From Sedimentisphaera cyanobacteriorum (GTDB taxonomy: Bacteria > Planctomycetota > Phycisphaerae > Sedimentisphaerales > Sedimentisphaeraceae), in the NCBI RefSeq assembly GCF_001997385.1, contig NZ_CP019633.1, forward strand, positions 900,001 to 932,000: DNA of 32,000 nt, in the 5' to 3' direction. The notes beneath the pieces were generated by a model. It saw only the letters and a list, made by a program, of their open reading frames with translations. It was not told where the DNA came from and made no database searches. The position numbers and the translations under genes are program-made. Of the stretch, positions 31,824 to 32,000 are shown one piece after another; position 1 is the stretch's first letter, and each line of letters opens with the position of its first letter.

Positions 31824-32000
31824 TTAAGAAGGCGAACTTGTAATATCACCAAGTGCGGAAGTAAATGAGCGGATATTTTCAGTTGGCACGCCATCCGGCA
31901 TTCCGCCTCCCGCTGAGGCGATAATTCCGGACTTATCTTCCGTGCCTGCAAATGCAGCTTTCACGCATTCAGAAACCTCTTCAGGAGTTCCGGAAGCCAA
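31824..32000 (-). CDS. C-terminal fragment of a uroporphyrinogen-decarboxylase-family (URO-D/MtaA-like) protein; 5' end outside the window
   Basis: The reverse strand is open from the window edge to TAA (31824-31826): LASGTPEEVSECVKAAFAGTEDKSGIIASAGGGMPDGVPTENIRSFTSALGDITSSPS*. The GTPEEV...(G/S)CG.P...P.EN pattern resembles URO-D-family C-termini. Only 58 aa are visible. Confidence 0.4.
   Translation of the reverse strand: MASGTPEEVSECVKAAFAGTEDKSGIIASAGGGMPDGVPTENIRSFTSALGDITSSPS

Noticed and set aside
1-32000. Search for CRISPR arrays, tandem repeats, tRNA/rRNA genes, IS elements, integrases, toxin-antitoxin pairs or known defence-system signatures
   Set aside because: No intergenic region exceeds ~280 bp. 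None shows repeat-spacer periodicity or cloverleaf-compatible sequence. No ORF shows transposase, recombinase or nuclease-NTPase defence-type motifs. The KaiC P-loops belong to an intact KaiC/KaiB pair rather than a defence ATPase.

Overview
The window is gene-dense (about 90% coding), roughly mid-40s %GC by eye, and mostly chromosomal housekeeping and cell-envelope genes. I found no rRNA, tRNA, CRISPR array, transposase, integrase or long repeat. Gene content suggests a PVC-group bacterium (Planctomycetota/Phycisphaerae-like). This rests on many TAT-exported Gfo/Idh/MocA oxidoreductases plus DUF1080 proteins, and it is an inference only.

Blocks, in order:
- 196-7081 (-): five-gene envelope glycosylation cluster. 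It holds a GT-B enzyme, two GT2 polyprenyl-phosphate-sugar synthase-like enzymes each fused to a membrane module, and two GT-C-like polytopic proteins.
- 7171-8906 (-): kaiC-kaiB pair directly upstream of that cluster, with no kaiA.
- 9189-14171 (+): exported low-complexity/TPR-like protein, lnt, exported HEAT-repeat protein, rsmE.
- 14275-16964 (+): xth, translationally coupled to a secreted protein of unknown function.
- 17032-20716: tetR divergent from dapF, then a membrane-anchored hypothetical and a family-4 UDG.
- 20759-26627 (+): MsbA-like ABC exporter with a large periplasmic insert, a PtaN/DRTGG protein, a Zn homocysteine-S-methyltransferase-family protein, and a tri-lipoyl E2 acyltransferase with no E1/E3 partners.
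- 26641-31626 (-): tandem DUF1080 protein, TAT Gfo/Idh/MocA, signal-less ApbE, TAT Gfo/Idh/MocA, small membrane protein.

There is no clear-cut defence or mobile island. The best candidates for undescribed biology are the ApbE-containing periplasmic oxidoreductase operon, the orphan tri-lipoyl E2 neighbourhood, the kaiCB-glycosylation linkage, and the insert-bearing ABC exporter. All family calls come from motif recognition by eye; no searches were run.
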